64,000 nt of DNA from Camelus dromedarius (Eukaryota), in assembly GCF_036321535.1 (NCBI RefSeq), contig NC_087436.1:91700001-91764000 (forward strand). Reading direction: 5' to 3'. The translations under genes and the position numbers were made by a program. Positions 63,886 to 64,000 of the stretch are shown piece after piece (positions within the stretch are counted from its first letter, which is position 1; every line of letters begins with the position of its first letter). The notes beneath the pieces were generated by a model. It searched no databases and was not told the DNA's origin. It saw only the letters and a program-made list of their open reading frames with translations.

Positions 63886-64000
63886 AGTGCCGTGGACACA
63901 GCTGCCCAAGGTATCCCTTTAAGGAAGGAGATGCTGCTTGAACTGCCAGGCATGCTGTTGGCAAGTGCCTTTTCTATCTCAGCCCCTTCTGGGTTTCCCT
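63886..64000 (+). mobile_element. Start of an LTR16-like ERVL LTR, running off the window
   Basis: 'tgccgtggacacagctgccc...tccctttaagg...gctgttggca...tcagccccttc'. Confidence 0.45.

Noticed and set aside
1..64000. A novel multi-gene biological system
   Set aside because: No supportable coding genes, CpG-island promoter or ordered array; the structure I can see is explained by known transposon families and retrotransposition mechanisms.

Overview
AT-rich, CpG-poor mammalian non-coding DNA (intergenic or deep intronic). It is most likely camelid: there is a Vic-1-type tRNA SINE and I saw no Alu, Bov-tA/BovB, PRE-1 or CAN-SINEs. I can support no intact protein-coding gene; the ORF track is either L1 ORF2 debris or chance ORFs. 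Much of the window is transposon-derived: young and old L1 fragments, L2, L3/CR1, MIRs, many MaLR (MLT1) and ERVL LTRs, a decayed ERVL-class provirus (~6.8-10.2 kb), and DNA transposons (MER20, MER58, MER5A, a Tigger2 derivative). Family names come from recalled consensus motifs, not a database search, so subfamilies and old-element boundaries are approximate. I see no convincing new biological system. The most interesting signals are records of retrotransposition mechanism: a tailless 5' half of tRNA-Gly(TCC) between direct repeats (500-536), a probable L1 3' transduction with two tails and its own poly(A) signal (~11.3-11.7 kb), two twin-primed inverted L1s, and a Tigger2 derivative with MIR-like filler nested in an L1.
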